DNA of 64,000 nt from Octopus sinensis (Eukaryota): assembly GCF_006345805.1 (NCBI RefSeq), contig NC_043005.1, positions 81,344,001 to 81,408,000 on the forward strand, in the 5' to 3' direction. This document shows positions 40,752 to 54,637 of this stretch, in pieces (position 1 is the first letter of the stretch; each line of letters starts with the position of its first letter). The position numbers and the translations under genes are program-made. Under the pieces are notes generated by a model. It did not search any database. It was not told the DNA's origin and was given only the letters and a program-made list of their open reading frames with translations.

Positions 40752-41229
40752 GTTACATACATACATACAGGCATACATACATACACTCAAATAATGTGTT
40801 CGAAGTTAGTTTTGAGTTATTTACTGACGCATACAATAGAAATAAAAATAAATAAGAAATGAAAAGCAATTTTTCTTTTTCTTTCAAAACGAAAATTTAA
40901 ACAAATGAAAATTATTTTTCAATGGTCTGTTGACTGCATATTTGCCAAACTTGAGTCTTTCTGGAATCTGAAGTCCTTGAATGTGGTAATTTCATTTCTT
41001 GAGAGCATTGTGCGAATTATTGATTTTGTAATCTTATTTGTCGCAAAGAGTTTATTTCAAATGTAGCCTTTAGCTAATTTTATGGAGCATATCTTGGACA
41101 TCTCTTATCATTACAAAAATGCCTTTCTCATTATATTTTTTTGTATGGAAGTATGGAAGTTTGTATTTTCTATATAGTTTTATAATAATTTTCTCTTTTT
41201 GTCTTTCTTTCTGTCTACCTACCTACCTA

Positions 41230-41283
<54 letters not shown>

Positions 41284-41732
41284 ACACTTTATTTAAAAGC
41301 AGCAGAAATATAACAAAAGCTCAGTTTCACGTTCCCGTTCGTCGAACAGTTTTGTTAAAAATATTACTCTGCCTCTGGTATTTGAGTACTCTTTTTTCCA
41401 CCTTGTTTCACATTTATGTGCTTACTCCGGTATATATGTGTGTGTTTATCTATCTATCTATCCTTCAGTTTGTTTGAATTTCTATTTGTCTGAGTGTATG
41501 TCTGTCTGTCTCTCTCTCAGTCTGTATATGTATCTATCTATTAATGTATATATCTGTCTGTCCTTATGTCTCTCTCTACGTATGTCTGTATGTATGTATA
41601 CTTATGCGTTTATATATTCTGAAAAATCCCCATGAATGTATGAATTATACAAAATACTGAATATCAACTTTTTCATAATATACACATACACACAAATTTA
41701 TGCATACATAAATACCTACATGAATATGTCTG

Positions 41733-41804
<72 letters not shown>

Positions 41805-41924
41805 TATGTGTGTGTGTGTGCATGCGTGTGTGCGTAGGCACATATGTATTGTAACCCGATTGGCTTTACATAGCAGGCAACTTTGATAAGTGTTACAATT
41901 GTAAATTACATTTATTTCTTTATT

Positions 41925-42145
41925 GGCCACAGGGGGCTAAACATAGAGGTGATAAACAAGGACTGACGAAGGGATTAAGTCGATTACATCGACCCCAGTG
42001 CGTTACTGGTCCTTAATTTATCGACCTCGAAAAGGCGAAAGGCAAAGTCGTCCTCGGCGGAATTTGAACTCAGAACGTAACGGCAGACCAAATACCGCTA
42101 AGCATTTCGCCCGGTGTGCTAACAATTCTGCCAGCACGCCGCTCT
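41925..42145 (-). mobile_element. SINE
   Basis: Nearly same sequence as 53213-53440 and 60690-60918. Confidence 0.9.
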
Positions 42146-42300
42146 TGAAAATGATATAATGCTGTTTAAATGATGAAATGCACTCACGTGAATGCTTTCA
42201 ATAATCAGTATAAATCGTAAATTCTAAAACCTATCATCACAGTGGGATACAAATTATACATACACTTACACACACACACACACACACACACACGTACGAA

Positions 42301-42342
<42 letters not shown>

Positions 42343-42611
42343 ATACACACACACACACGCAGAGAAACGTATGCAATAAATTTTGTTTGTAACAGGCTAA
42401 GAGGACCTAATGTCGTTCCATGCATTTCGATAGTCTCCAGATACAGATTTGATAAAAATAAGAAAAATATGTGCACACACACAATGACACACACACACAC
42501 ATACACACATAAATATATAAATAGTATACAGTTAAGTAATGGTAAGATCGACAAAATAGATATTTCATTTCGTGTGGGATAAATATTTTTTTAATAAACA
42601 CAATAGATATA

Positions 42612-42860
42612 TTTCGTCTCAAGCAACGAAAACCGCTCAGAAAACATTTTTAACATTTCTGGTACCTTCAAGCCATCTTCAGGATGTGCCCACATGGCAT
42701 AACAAGCTAAAAGAGGACAATGGGATGAAATAAAACAATTCCTTCTCACCGTGTCTCGTTTTATCTCTCATCTTATCGTCTTGTGTTTAGCTTATGTTAT
42801 GTGAGCACAGCCTGAGAATAGCCTGGAGGTGTCTGAGCTGTTTTCATCGCATGAAACTAA
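42612..42860. repeat. Diverged foldback element, about 250 bp
   Basis: Left arm (reverse complement) cctgaagatggcttgaaggt...tctgagcggttttcgttgcttgagac versus right arm cctgagaatagcctggaggt..tctgagctgttttcatcgcatgaaac; inner arms aagctaaa/tttagctt and ataaaac/gttttat. Confidence 0.7.
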
Positions 42861-42894
42861 TAGTAGCTCATAGAAATGTATATTATGTTTAAGT

Positions 42895-43019
42895 AATACA
42901 TACATACGTACGTGCCTACATACATGCATACACATATACCTACATAAATACATACATAGATGAATGGATAGATAGATCGATAGCTAGATATACAGAGAGA
43001 CATAGATAGATGGATGGAT

Positions 43020-43080
<61 letters not shown>

Positions 43081-43179
43081 CGACAGACATACGGATAGAT
43101 AGATATGTAGATACAGAGATAGGTAGATATATAGATAGATAGACAGACACACGGATAGATAGATATGTAGATAGACAGA

Positions 43180-43210
<31 letters not shown>

Positions 43211-43269
43211 GCAGACGCATACATACATAGACAGACAGACATAGAGATAGATAGACGGACCGATAGATT

Positions 43270-43300
<31 letters not shown>
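42895..43300. repeat. (TAGA)n/(CAGA)n tetranucleotide array
   Basis: Directly visible. Confidence 0.95.
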
Positions 43301-43511
43301 CAAAAGAAACAAGGAGAAAAGAAACACGACATAGATTGTGTTGCACTGAAGTCTTGGACGTTGCCACTCCTCCTGTTTGAGAATATCTGTTTGTTAGCCA
43401 AACAATTCTGATTGTGATTGTTAGTTCTGCTATTAATTTTAATCCTATATTTGTAACGTTATTGAAGTTTCGTTTGGCACCTTGATCAAAGCGTTAAAGG
43501 ATAAATGTGAA

Positions 43512-43830
43512 TGCACGTGGCTTAGTCGTTAGGGTAATCAGGTTACGATCGTAAAGTCCTGTGTTCGAATCCCGCGCGGGTCGTTGTATCCTTGAGTAAG
43601 ACACTTTATTTCACGTTGCACCAGCCCAATGGACTGGCAAAAATTAGTTGTACCTGTAATTCAAAGGGCCAGCCTTGTCATATTCTGCGTCACTATGAAT
43701 CTCCCTGGGAACTATGTTAAGGGTACGCGTGTCTCTGGGGTGCTCAGCCACTTGCACGTTAATATCACAAGTAGGCTGTTCCTTTGATCGGATAAACTGG
43801 ATCATTCGTCGTTGTAACCGACGGAGTGCA
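43512..43830 (+). mobile_element. Full-length tRNA-derived SINE
   Basis: gcacgtggcttagtcgttagg...gttcgaatccc head plus conserved body ending gtaaccgacggagtgc. Confidence 0.9.
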
Positions 43831-44961
43831 AGTGTCCAAAGAATAAATGTAACAAAATTACTATTGTATGCGTAAACGTTGAAGTGTTTGACATAATATA
43901 AAACGTGGACAGACAATGGAATTGGTGATAATATCTGAAATACATAAATAGCAAATAGATGAACAAATAAAAAAAAAGGAAATGGTAATGGAAGGGCTAC
44001 GTAACAGAAAGCTTAACGAAATGGTAGGTGTTAAATATTTTTTAAAAATAATTCGCTGAGCTTAATGGGCGGTGCGATTCACGTTAAGAATATTCTAACG
44101 CTTTTATGTCAAAAAAGCTAATGGAAACAAAATTGATATTCATAACATTTACCATAAAGACGCGTGAAGGAATTCAATGCTTTACGTGAGATGATTATTC
44201 CATGTATTTGAATTTACCAATTTGGAATTTAAGCTTTGTAACCCACATGTTTAACCGCTGTATATTGAACAAACCAATGAAATGTAGATCTAGTGTGAAC
44301 ACCATCATATAATATAAAATGATGACATATAGGGCTGAATTAATAATTCCCTAATATCGGTTTCAAATTTTGGAACAGGGCCAGCTATTTCGGGGCAGAT
44401 GCAATGTCGATTCTTCGAATTCCAGTGATCAGCACCCATTGACTCCCAAAAAATAAAAGCAAGTTTGAGCTCAACGGAATTTGAACTCACAGCGTAAACA
44501 CAAACGAAATATCGCTAAGCGTTGTTTCTCTCGTGTTAATTCGCTGATTTTAAGAACATCATAATCTCTCCTGGAGCGAGAACTAGCACTAAGAACAGTG
44601 AATTTCATTTGGTCATCTTGTCTTCTAGTCCAAAACTCGCAGTCAATACATTTTATTTTATCTTTTCTGGACAATGACTGGTCAATTAAAGTCAGATACT
44701 CTTTCTTTACTAAGTGCCTGCGTTGTATCATTAGAAATCTATTATTAGAGATAACGATACATTTACAGTGCTGTTAACCTTAACTGTGATGATTATTTCA
44801 GCTAAGGCTTTTTCAAGATCATGCGATACAAAAGTTGATTTCGTAACCAAGATACACCCGGATAGGTGTGTGAGTGTGTAATGACTGAAAAACATGTATG
44901 TATGTATGTATGTATGTATGTATGTATGTATGTATCTATCTCTATATATCCACTTGATGTG

Positions 44962-45000
<39 letters not shown>

Positions 45001-46326
45001 TATAATATATATATATATATGTATATAAATTAAATTAGAGATAAAACCAATATTAGGCGACTGAAACTGAAGGAAAATATAAGTTGCTAATAGTGTTTTT
45101 ATCTCTAATTTAATTTATATTTATACTGAAATTTGATTTAATTCTAAATCTAATCTTTCCCTGTAAGTTTGGACATACTCCCTAGTATTATATATATATA
45201 TTAGAAGAAATAAGGTACTTAGCAGGATTCTGTGTACCTTATTTTTTCTAATATATAATACCTGTACATCACCTCCAAACCTACTAATATATATATATAT
45301 ATCCATACACACACATATGTGCAGAGAGAGAGAGAGAGAGAGAAGAAATAGAAATTAATAAAGATAGGTAGATAAATAGATGGAAAGAAAGAAGAAAGAA
45401 AATAAAGAAGGAAAATATAAATTGAGTTGCAGCGAAGCCTCGTACATTGCTCCTCTACCTACTTGTGAAAGTCTGTTCATTAGCCTAACAATTCTTATTA
45501 AGATTATTAATTTTCCTATTACACTCAATCCTATATATATAATAATGTTATTACCGTTAGTCATCTATTTGTCGTAATGAAGTTTATTCTTTGTTTTTCT
45601 TATAATATACATATATATTATTGATATAGATTTCGAATACATTTGAATGCGGCAGACTTCATTATCAAGTGACAATAACGTTAATATGAAGCATGTTTGA
45701 AATGTAGTTTTGCTTTCTCTGATAACACTATGACACTTTTGATAATTCTACACCAACAACGGAGGCTAATTTGACATTGAGCGTTCTTTTCTTCTCCACA
45801 TTGTGTTCTTCTTCTGACTTTCCTATTCTTTATGAATATCATTGTGACATATCTTCAGAAATAAAATATTCTTCAAATTACTCGAAATCAAATATACTTC
45901 AGTTGAAAAACAAAGAAAATTAAAATTTATTCAACTAGCAAATATATAAAAAATCTAATGTAGATTGCTCATAGGCAGCAGTAGTTGTAGTAGTAGTTGT
46001 TGTGATATGATGATATAACCAATACATGGAGAAGGGACAGCAACAAGAAGAATAAGAAGGGGAAGCGGAAGACGACGCAGAAGGAGACAAAGAATAAAAA
46101 GGAAGAAAAGACAAAGGAGAAATATACTACTACTACTAATAATAATGATAATATATGCCAGACAATTTCATAATGTAAAATAAGAATCTAATATATACAT
46201 ATCATTTTTTTCGTAGTCTCAGCTTCGAGCTGTGGCCATGCTGGAGCACCACTGTTTTGCTACCCTGCTTTTATTGCGAGCGTCCTCTAATATGTGGCAC
46301 TTGGTGAAGAACCGAATTTGATAAAC

Positions 46327-46386
<60 letters not shown>

Positions 46387-49300
46387 GCATATTATATATA
46401 TGTATGTATAAAAACGCGCATACATTCAAAAGTTTATTTCATTTTGCTTCTTTATTTCTACCCGTGCAGAACAATATAAATCACCTTTAAATATATGTGT
46501 ATGTGCGCCTGTGTACATGTATGTATATATATATACATACACATATACACATAAGTCTGCGAAATCTCGAAGAAAATACAAAACCGAAAATTTACATTAG
46601 TCGATATTTTTTCAACTGCAAGTTTATTTAAAGCGATAATGTTTCTGGTATTTACGTTTAAATTTATTTAATTTTACGCTATGTTCAGAACATATTAAAC
46701 GAAAAGAAGTTTTTGAAAAATGTATTTATATATTTATATTTCTAATAGCACAAAATCACCATGATTTTCTCTTTTCTTTTTCGGAATTAATATTTCTAGA
46801 AAAACATGTGCATTAAAATCATACATAGAAATAAATTGCGAAAGACGATTCAACTAAAATCTTTACGTATTTACTCTCCGTCGAATAGTTCTCCGACATA
46901 TACGTTAGTTTCTTTTTGCTTGCACATGATTACACAACTAATCATATATTTATAGGTGACTGCAGCTCTTTGCCTTTCGTTTTAAATCAGTTGATCACGA
47001 TTGTGTTTGATATTTACAGAATTTATTAACTTTTTCGGCTTCACTGATCGATTGACTGGAATATCTCTTGAAGCAGTTTTAGCGCTAGTGCTTACATGTT
47101 CAATATATATATATATATATAAATACATATGTTTGTGCGTGTGTATGTATATAAACCTATTTATCTATACGTTTTGATACACACTCACACATAAACTCAC
47201 ACACACTCATATATATATATGTACATATACTTTGTTTTTGTATCTGGTTTCAGATTTTCATTATGTGAATTCGTGTGTTGAAGTAAATTTTGTTGTGTCT
47301 GTGGAGAGTCGTATTGTCTTAATGCTTTATTGTCTAACACACTCACCGGTTCGATTTCCACTCATATTTTTTCGTCCAAAATCTTTCTTGCTTTTGCAAC
47401 CTTGTCATCGGATGTTAACTATATTCGTTAATGAAGTTGCGTTCTTTTCGACTGTCTGTGTGCTGTGTGTGCGTCAGCGTGCATGTTTGCTTGTGTATGC
47501 ACACCTGTATATCATTATTCAGTTTTATTTCAAGATTTCTTGGCAATGGAGTAAGGGCCGGTTTCTAACCTAGATCCAAGGCATTGAAATTTCAACGGCA
47601 ATAACAGGATATTTTTGTTTCTATGTGTACATGCATGTATATGTGCAGATTTGTATGTTCTGTTTTATGTATGTTTTCTCATGCATATACTTACATAGCT
47701 ATACATGCTCATACGTATCTGATGAACTTCTGGAAAGTTTTACAGATTTTTACAGTTACAGAGATGGATATGTAATCTTCGAATTAGCTTATTACTTTCT
47801 GGTTTTGAGAAGACTAGTTTATCAAGATTGTTATTTAGGCAGTGTGTTACTTATCCTAGTGCCCTGATAATTACAGGTATGATCCTGAACTCGTGATCTG
47901 TATAGATTAACTGTAGATTTCTGAATCGCTGAGCGTGGGTATTCTCTTTTTCACTAGGTATATATGTATGTATGTGAGTATGCATATATGTATGTATAAG
48001 TGTGTGTACGTATGTCTGTTTGTATGTATTTTGCATATTCATGATTTTTTGTGCGTTTATATGTGTGTGCGTGTATATTTGGGTATTACTTCTGTTTCCT
48101 TGTGCGTGCGTGTTTGTGTTTGTCTATATGTATGGGTTTGTGTGACTATGTACATGCGTCCGTTATGCGTGGATATCCATCTCCATATCTGTTTGTGTGT
48201 GGAGTGTGTGCATGTATATGGTCATGTGTTTCCGTCTCCTTTCTGTGTGTGTGTGCGTGTGTATGTGTGTGAGTGTTTGCGCGCTAGTCTGTCCGTGTTA
48301 CTTATGTATCTATCTATCTACTTAAGTATGTATCCAACTGTATACCTACATACCAATTTACCTACTTATATGTACATATATATTTGCCTACATGACAGCC
48401 TACTAGCAAATGTACCTATGTATGTATCTTCTGCGGGTATTGGGGTATCACTACAGTCTACGTGTATTTCCTATTTAGTGCGGGGAACGTTTCATTTATG
48501 AGGCCTTACTCTTGTATCAAGAGAATTGCATGCGGTGCGCATGAGGCTCTCTGCATATTTCTTATATATATATACAAACAGAGAAAACGAGAGAGAGAAG
48601 AGGGAGAGAGGCTGCCATACAAACAATCAGAGATTGGCACGTATAATCATATATTAATAAAACGACAGCAGTTAAAGATTTGTAGGTACGTGGTATCTCG
48701 TTATGCAAACACAATATACTATAAGGAATACTAAATGTCTTCATAAGTCAATAACACGTTCTATTGCATCAGCAGTACTCTTATATTTTTTTTATTAAAG
48801 TTATTTCTTGTTAAGCTTATTTCTACCGTTAATCTATAGAACTTATAGGCAAGTCTGATTTTTGATACAAGGTTGCGTATCGAACTGTCAGATGTAAACA
48901 GACAAAGTGATCGAAGACAAAAGTGGGTAAACTTGTCTTCGATCCAAGCTTCTATGCAACATCTCAGTGAATATTACATTGCATCAGTTCATTAGATTAC
49001 GTAACTTAAAGTATGCATAACACGGGTGCACACACCGATAGATTGATCCAAAAATTCTGTTACCCTATCGCTGTTGTTCAAGATTGGTAATTATCTCCTT
49101 GTTAATACCTTCACACGCTTATCACTGTTTTAACCAGGCATAGATTGACCGGCTGTCGAATGACTAGCTGTCGATTGACCGACTGTCGACTGACCGGTTT
49201 TCCTCTCGATGAAGTGAGGTTGCAGTGAATTTAAAAAACGAAAATTTAAAACGGGTGCGGCAAAACATTTGCGGAAAATTATAAACTGTAAGCACCAGTG

Positions 49301-49532
49301 TATTTAAGTATTGGTATTTTATTTATTGATCCAGTAAAGAAAAAATGACAAACTTATTAAGGCAGGGCCAAAACTCATAGTGCAGGGAGCCGCTAAAACA
49401 CGCTATTAATTTAATCCAACGCTTTAAAACTGCCAAATATATGCACCCGTATACACACACACTCTTATATAGAATATATACGCATGCATCAAGTCATGCG
49501 ACTATTTATATACTAACATAAATATTTATACA

Positions 49533-49588
<56 letters not shown>

Positions 49589-50178
49589 TATATGTATGTA
49601 TGTATATATGTATGTGCAAGTATGTATGTATATGTGCATATATGTATGTACAGCTGCATATACATACATATATATGAGTGTGCCTGCTTGTGTAATATTT
49701 ATATGTATGTGCGTGTATATATGTATGCTTACATACACACACACACACACACGAATAAGCAAGCACGTGCATATATATATATATATTCATGTATGTATAT
49801 GCATAGTTATAAATACATATAACTGTACATACATAGACGCATATGTGCATCTGTGTCTGTATGTGTTTGTGTGTGTGTTTGTGTGCGTGTATGTGTGTGT
49901 GTTAGTGTATGCATTTTTGTTAAGCTAATCTGCAACGCTGTTTTTCACTCATCACATGTTATAATTTTATTAATGTTAATTTTTAGCCACTGTTTGATAT
50001 CGATAAACAGCATGGTGTGAACTTCTTCAATCTAAAGCCATGCATGATATGTTATATAGTTGTGGTGTGACAGTGTGATTTTTACAATACGCTATTAAAT
50101 AGTTTATCGCATCGTTCAACTTCCAGCATACAGTTTTTCCAATCATTAGCTTGCAATTACAACTATGTAGTATATATA

Positions 50179-50221
<43 letters not shown>

Positions 50222-51712
50222 TACTTTCATTACAAGCGTTTTCTTTCAAGGCTCAATGATATGTAAGGGTACAGGAAAAATTGAGGGTAACTAAATGAAA
50301 GAACAAAGAGGTAAATCGTGTAATTGGACATTTTAGGTGTAACAAGCCTAATATATTTGTGAATTTAAACAACACCGTAAGAATTACGACGTGTATTCTG
50401 AAATTTTATAGCACACTATATGATCCGGTTCCCGCTACGCCGAGAGTTTCTCGTATCACAGTAGCGTTGACGTGGTTTGATGTTAACACACACCTTTGAT
50501 GTTTTCAATACATTATTAAGAGGAAATACTGAATAAAAATATTCTACCAACATTAAACTTTGTTTAAATGGGATTCAAGGTATGCTTGTATTATAATTGT
50601 TATTTATAGAGGATATCGAAGCGTTCAAAATCATGTGCAATATATATGTCCGTTTATAACTAAATACGTGGTTAGTGTCACATGAATGAAAATGAATTTT
50701 ACTACTAAACCATAGGGAATAGAAAACAAAATCCAAAGAGAAAAATAACATTTAAAAAGGGAACACAAAAGTATTGTCATAACATATAATATAGGCACCT
50801 TTTACGTTAGATGATCTCGCGAAGTACAAATAAGGTATTTCGATCCAACGAATATATACCTATATACGCGTAAGTTTCTATATGCAACACGAAAGCGTAC
50901 GCGTGCGTGTGTGTGTGTGTGTGTGCATGCGTATGGTATATGGTTATACCTACACAATCACACGTACATATACATCTGTCTATCTATCTATCTATCTATC
51001 TATGCATCTATCTATCTGTCTGTTTTTTCCCGATCCCTTTTGATCGGAATTTTACATTTGTTCCCTTTTTTTCCTTTTTCTTTTCCATTTTCGAAAAGAA
51101 AAGCTCTACATTTGTATTTGTCCCCTTTGTGCTCAGCCCTGTGTGGCAAATAAAGAAAGTTATCTGTCTATCTATCTAATCTATCCAGTAGTAAAAATGT
51201 TTTAAGCTCTTTAAGCTGAGTTCGATTTGAACTCGGACCCGTCCTCCTAAAATTCCTGGTAAGTACACACTCTCTATCTCTGCTTTTAGATGGGGTTGCT
51301 TCATCATCTGTGTGGTTGCCATGTTCCTTTTCTTGGTGTCCAGATTCCTAGTCTCATTTGATTCGACAACTATTAATAACGTTACATCTGTTAGCCTCAT
51401 TCAGATCATGTTTAGCACTAAACGTACTCTCTTGCAGTATTTTATATGGATCTGTATTTTAACTGAGTGTTATGTCATCATAACTTCATTCATTACAACG
51501 TGTATTTAACTTCTTTATCTTGTTCCTTGATCGCACATTGAGTAGCAACCTTTATATTTGCAATCTTGCATTTATCAGTTAATTTCCTTGGGGTTTTATA
51601 GCACTCTCCTCGATTCGAAACTCCGGTGGTATTCCTATTATTATTATCATTACAATGATTTCAATAATTATCATTCTATTATGAACTTGAACATTATTAT
51701 TATTATTATTAT

Positions 51713-52222
51713 TGAGTGAGGAAGCATACCCATCATGACTACCCGTCTCATAAAGGTGCACCAGACATGCATCACAATCATTTGTGCGCGACACGGTGAT
51801 CTCATATCGAGATAAATAGCACATGACCTTGCAGGTGGGGCCCAGTTAGAATTTTCTTCAGGTTGAGTAGCCAATCCCACTTAAAAGGTCCCTGAATAAG
51901 GTTTGTTTACGGATAATGAACAAAACACCCATGTTTCCAAAGGTGAATTATTCAAACCCCAACGAATCCCTCCCAACACATGGCTATGATGCTCCCCCAC
52001 TACTTCTGCTCGTGATCAGAGATGCACATATCGTCAGCCACTCAGGGACAGACATGCTCAACTGGTTACGGTCAAGCAATTGACAAGCAAATCTGTGGTA
52101 ATGAGCAGAATATTTGCTGTAGCCCATCTTTTATACCAAGACAAATCAATGTACATGATAACAGCTCCAATCAGTTAAGATAAGAAGCCATGAGAGCCAC
52201 TGCCTGGTACTGCATCAGGGCA
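51713..52222. mobile_element. (TAA)n-flanked element, copy 3 (inverted relative to the 7 kb copies)
   Basis: Reverse complement of 6989-7542, with (TTA)n on both sides. Confidence 0.85.
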
Positions 52223-52263
<41 letters not shown>

Positions 52264-52458
52264 GGGCAGCGACCAGGCAGAATCATTAGCACATCAGACG
52301 AAATGCTTTGACACTTTACGTTCCGAGTTCAAATTCTGCTGAGGTAGGTTTTGCCTTTCATTATTTCGATCACGAACGAATAAGTATCAGTTGAATACTG
52401 CGGTCAATGTAATCGACTAGCTACCTCCAAGAATAGGACGAGGAGGAGAAGGAGGAGG

Positions 52459-52499
<41 letters not shown>

Positions 52500-53212
52500 T
52501 AGTAGTAGTAGACTGACATGTTTGGCTCAGCAAATTGTAAAATTGTACCTGATGTTCAATTAATTACTTGGCAGTCTAATTGATGTAATTATTTAACTAA
52601 ATGGTTTAGTAAATACTTTAAAATATAAACGCCGTTACTTACTCAAGCATTGGGGAAAAAAACATGATACAATGTTTATATCGTTGCTTTGATTTATCCG
52701 TAATTACCAATAATTAATTTTCGTTTGATGATATGATCGATACATAAAATAAACAAGATTTACTTGAAATAGTTGCAAAGCTTACTAAATGCGCGAATAA
52801 TATATTATACAAAATTTCAATTTAAAATGACCTGTAATTTCAATGAAATCAATAACAAAATCTGTTTGCTTTTAATGATAGATGTCAGCATAATATAATG
52901 AAACTTCGTATTGTAGGTTTTGTTTGCAGCAGCGGTTTAAACTTCTCTGTGTATTTATTGGGGAAATTAACTAATAGGACATATTTCAATAAACTTACAG
53001 TAAAATGCCTAATTGAACAAAATTAACAAAATAATGACTGAAAATACACACAGGTACACATGCACCATACACACACACACACTTTTATATTATTTATAAC
53101 AGTATTATATAAGTTTTTTTTATTTAGTATGTCTGTCTGTCTATATGTAAATTATATATAGAATATATATATATATAATGAGAGGATAAACAAATTAGAT
53201 ATATTATATTTC

Positions 53213-53440
53213 TTTATTGCCCACAATGGGCTAAACATAGAGGGGACAAACAAGGACAGACAAACGGATTAAGTAGATTAGATTGACCCCAGTGCGTAAC
53301 TAGAACATAATTTATCGACCCCGAAAGGAAGAAAGGCAAAGTCGACCTCGGCGGAATTTAGACTCAGAACGTAACGGCAGACGAAATACCGCTTAAGCAT
53401 TTCGCCCAGCATGCTAACTTTTCTGCCAGTTCGCCGCCAT
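53213..53440 (-). mobile_element. SINE
   Basis: Family match to 41925-42145. Confidence 0.9.
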
Positions 53441-53473
53441 AATTTAGATATATTAAATATAACAGTTTGTGTA

Positions 53474-53745
53474 TGAAATACAAAATATGTATACATGCAA
53501 AACGAAAGAAAGCAAAATTTGGAGACTTTCAGATGATGAATATTTATGTATAAAGAAATGGATATTTATATTAATAGATCCAAAATACTCAGAGTACAAA
53601 CGACAGAGAAAATTAACTGTGTGTAATTTGGATCTATGAATATAAACATCTATATACTTATACTTAAATATTCATCGTCTGAATGTCTCCACACTTTGCT
53701 TTCTCTCGTTTTGCATCTATACATAAATACGTAATTTGTATTTCA
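53474..53745. repeat. Foldback element, about 270 bp
   Basis: Left atgcaaaacgaaagaaagcaaa...ggagactttcagatgatgaatattta versus right taaatattcatcgtctgaatgtctcc...tttgctttctctcgttttgcat. Confidence 0.85.
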
Positions 53746-53874
53746 TTACTAAACTTATATTTAATAACTATAATTTGCATAACCGTATCCATATCTGATT
53801 AACTTCGTAGCTCTTCTGATTCCATGTAAAAGGTTCGGAGTCTAAGTTTGTATTTTCTTCTTTTTTTCATCGTT

Positions 53875-54073
53875 TTTGTTTTATTGTTTCAGTCAATAGT
53901 CTGCAGCCATGCTGCGGCAAAGCTTAGGATTTTTACTGCGATAAATCGAATCCAGTACGTATTTCCTATCGGTCTCTTTTGCCGAACCGCTATGTTACAA
54001 GGATGTAAAGACACTAACACCGGTTGTCAAGCGGTGACGAGGAACAGACACAGACACACACATATATATATAC

Positions 54074-54113
<40 letters not shown>

Positions 54114-54505
54114 TATACGATGAGTTTCTTTCATTTTCCTTCTACCAAATCCACTCATAAGGCCTTAGTCGGCCCGAGGCTATAGTTGAAAGCACTTGCC
54201 CAAGTTGCCACGTACTGAGACCTAACCCGTAACCATGTGGTTGGGAAGCAAGCTTCTCCCAACACTCCTGGAGGCTTCCACTTAACCCGATACACAAGAC
54301 AGCCTGTTAGTGAAATTAACAGCATGACACATCATGAGACATGGCGGGCACGACGTTAAATTACAAGTATACCTCAAGTTTTGCCACTTAAGCGAAGTGT
54401 AGCTACGTGAAATAAACTGCGCTGCTCAAGTCACAACACGCCGCCGGGACTCGAACACGCCATTGCAATCGGGAGCCAAACAACCCGACCACTAACATAG
54501 ACGCC
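53875..54505 (-). mobile_element. Two adjacent SINEs
   Basis: 53875-54265 belongs to the 1931-2310 family. 54290-54505 has a tRNA-like head gggactcgaac...accactaac on +. Confidence 0.8.
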
Positions 54506-54532
54506 TTTAAACACACACACACATATATATAT

Positions 54533-54576
<44 letters not shown>

Positions 54577-54577
54577 A

Positions 54578-54637
<60 letters not shown>

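Noticed and set aside
42857-43367. LSIY-repeat ORFs
   Set aside because: (TAGA)n translation.
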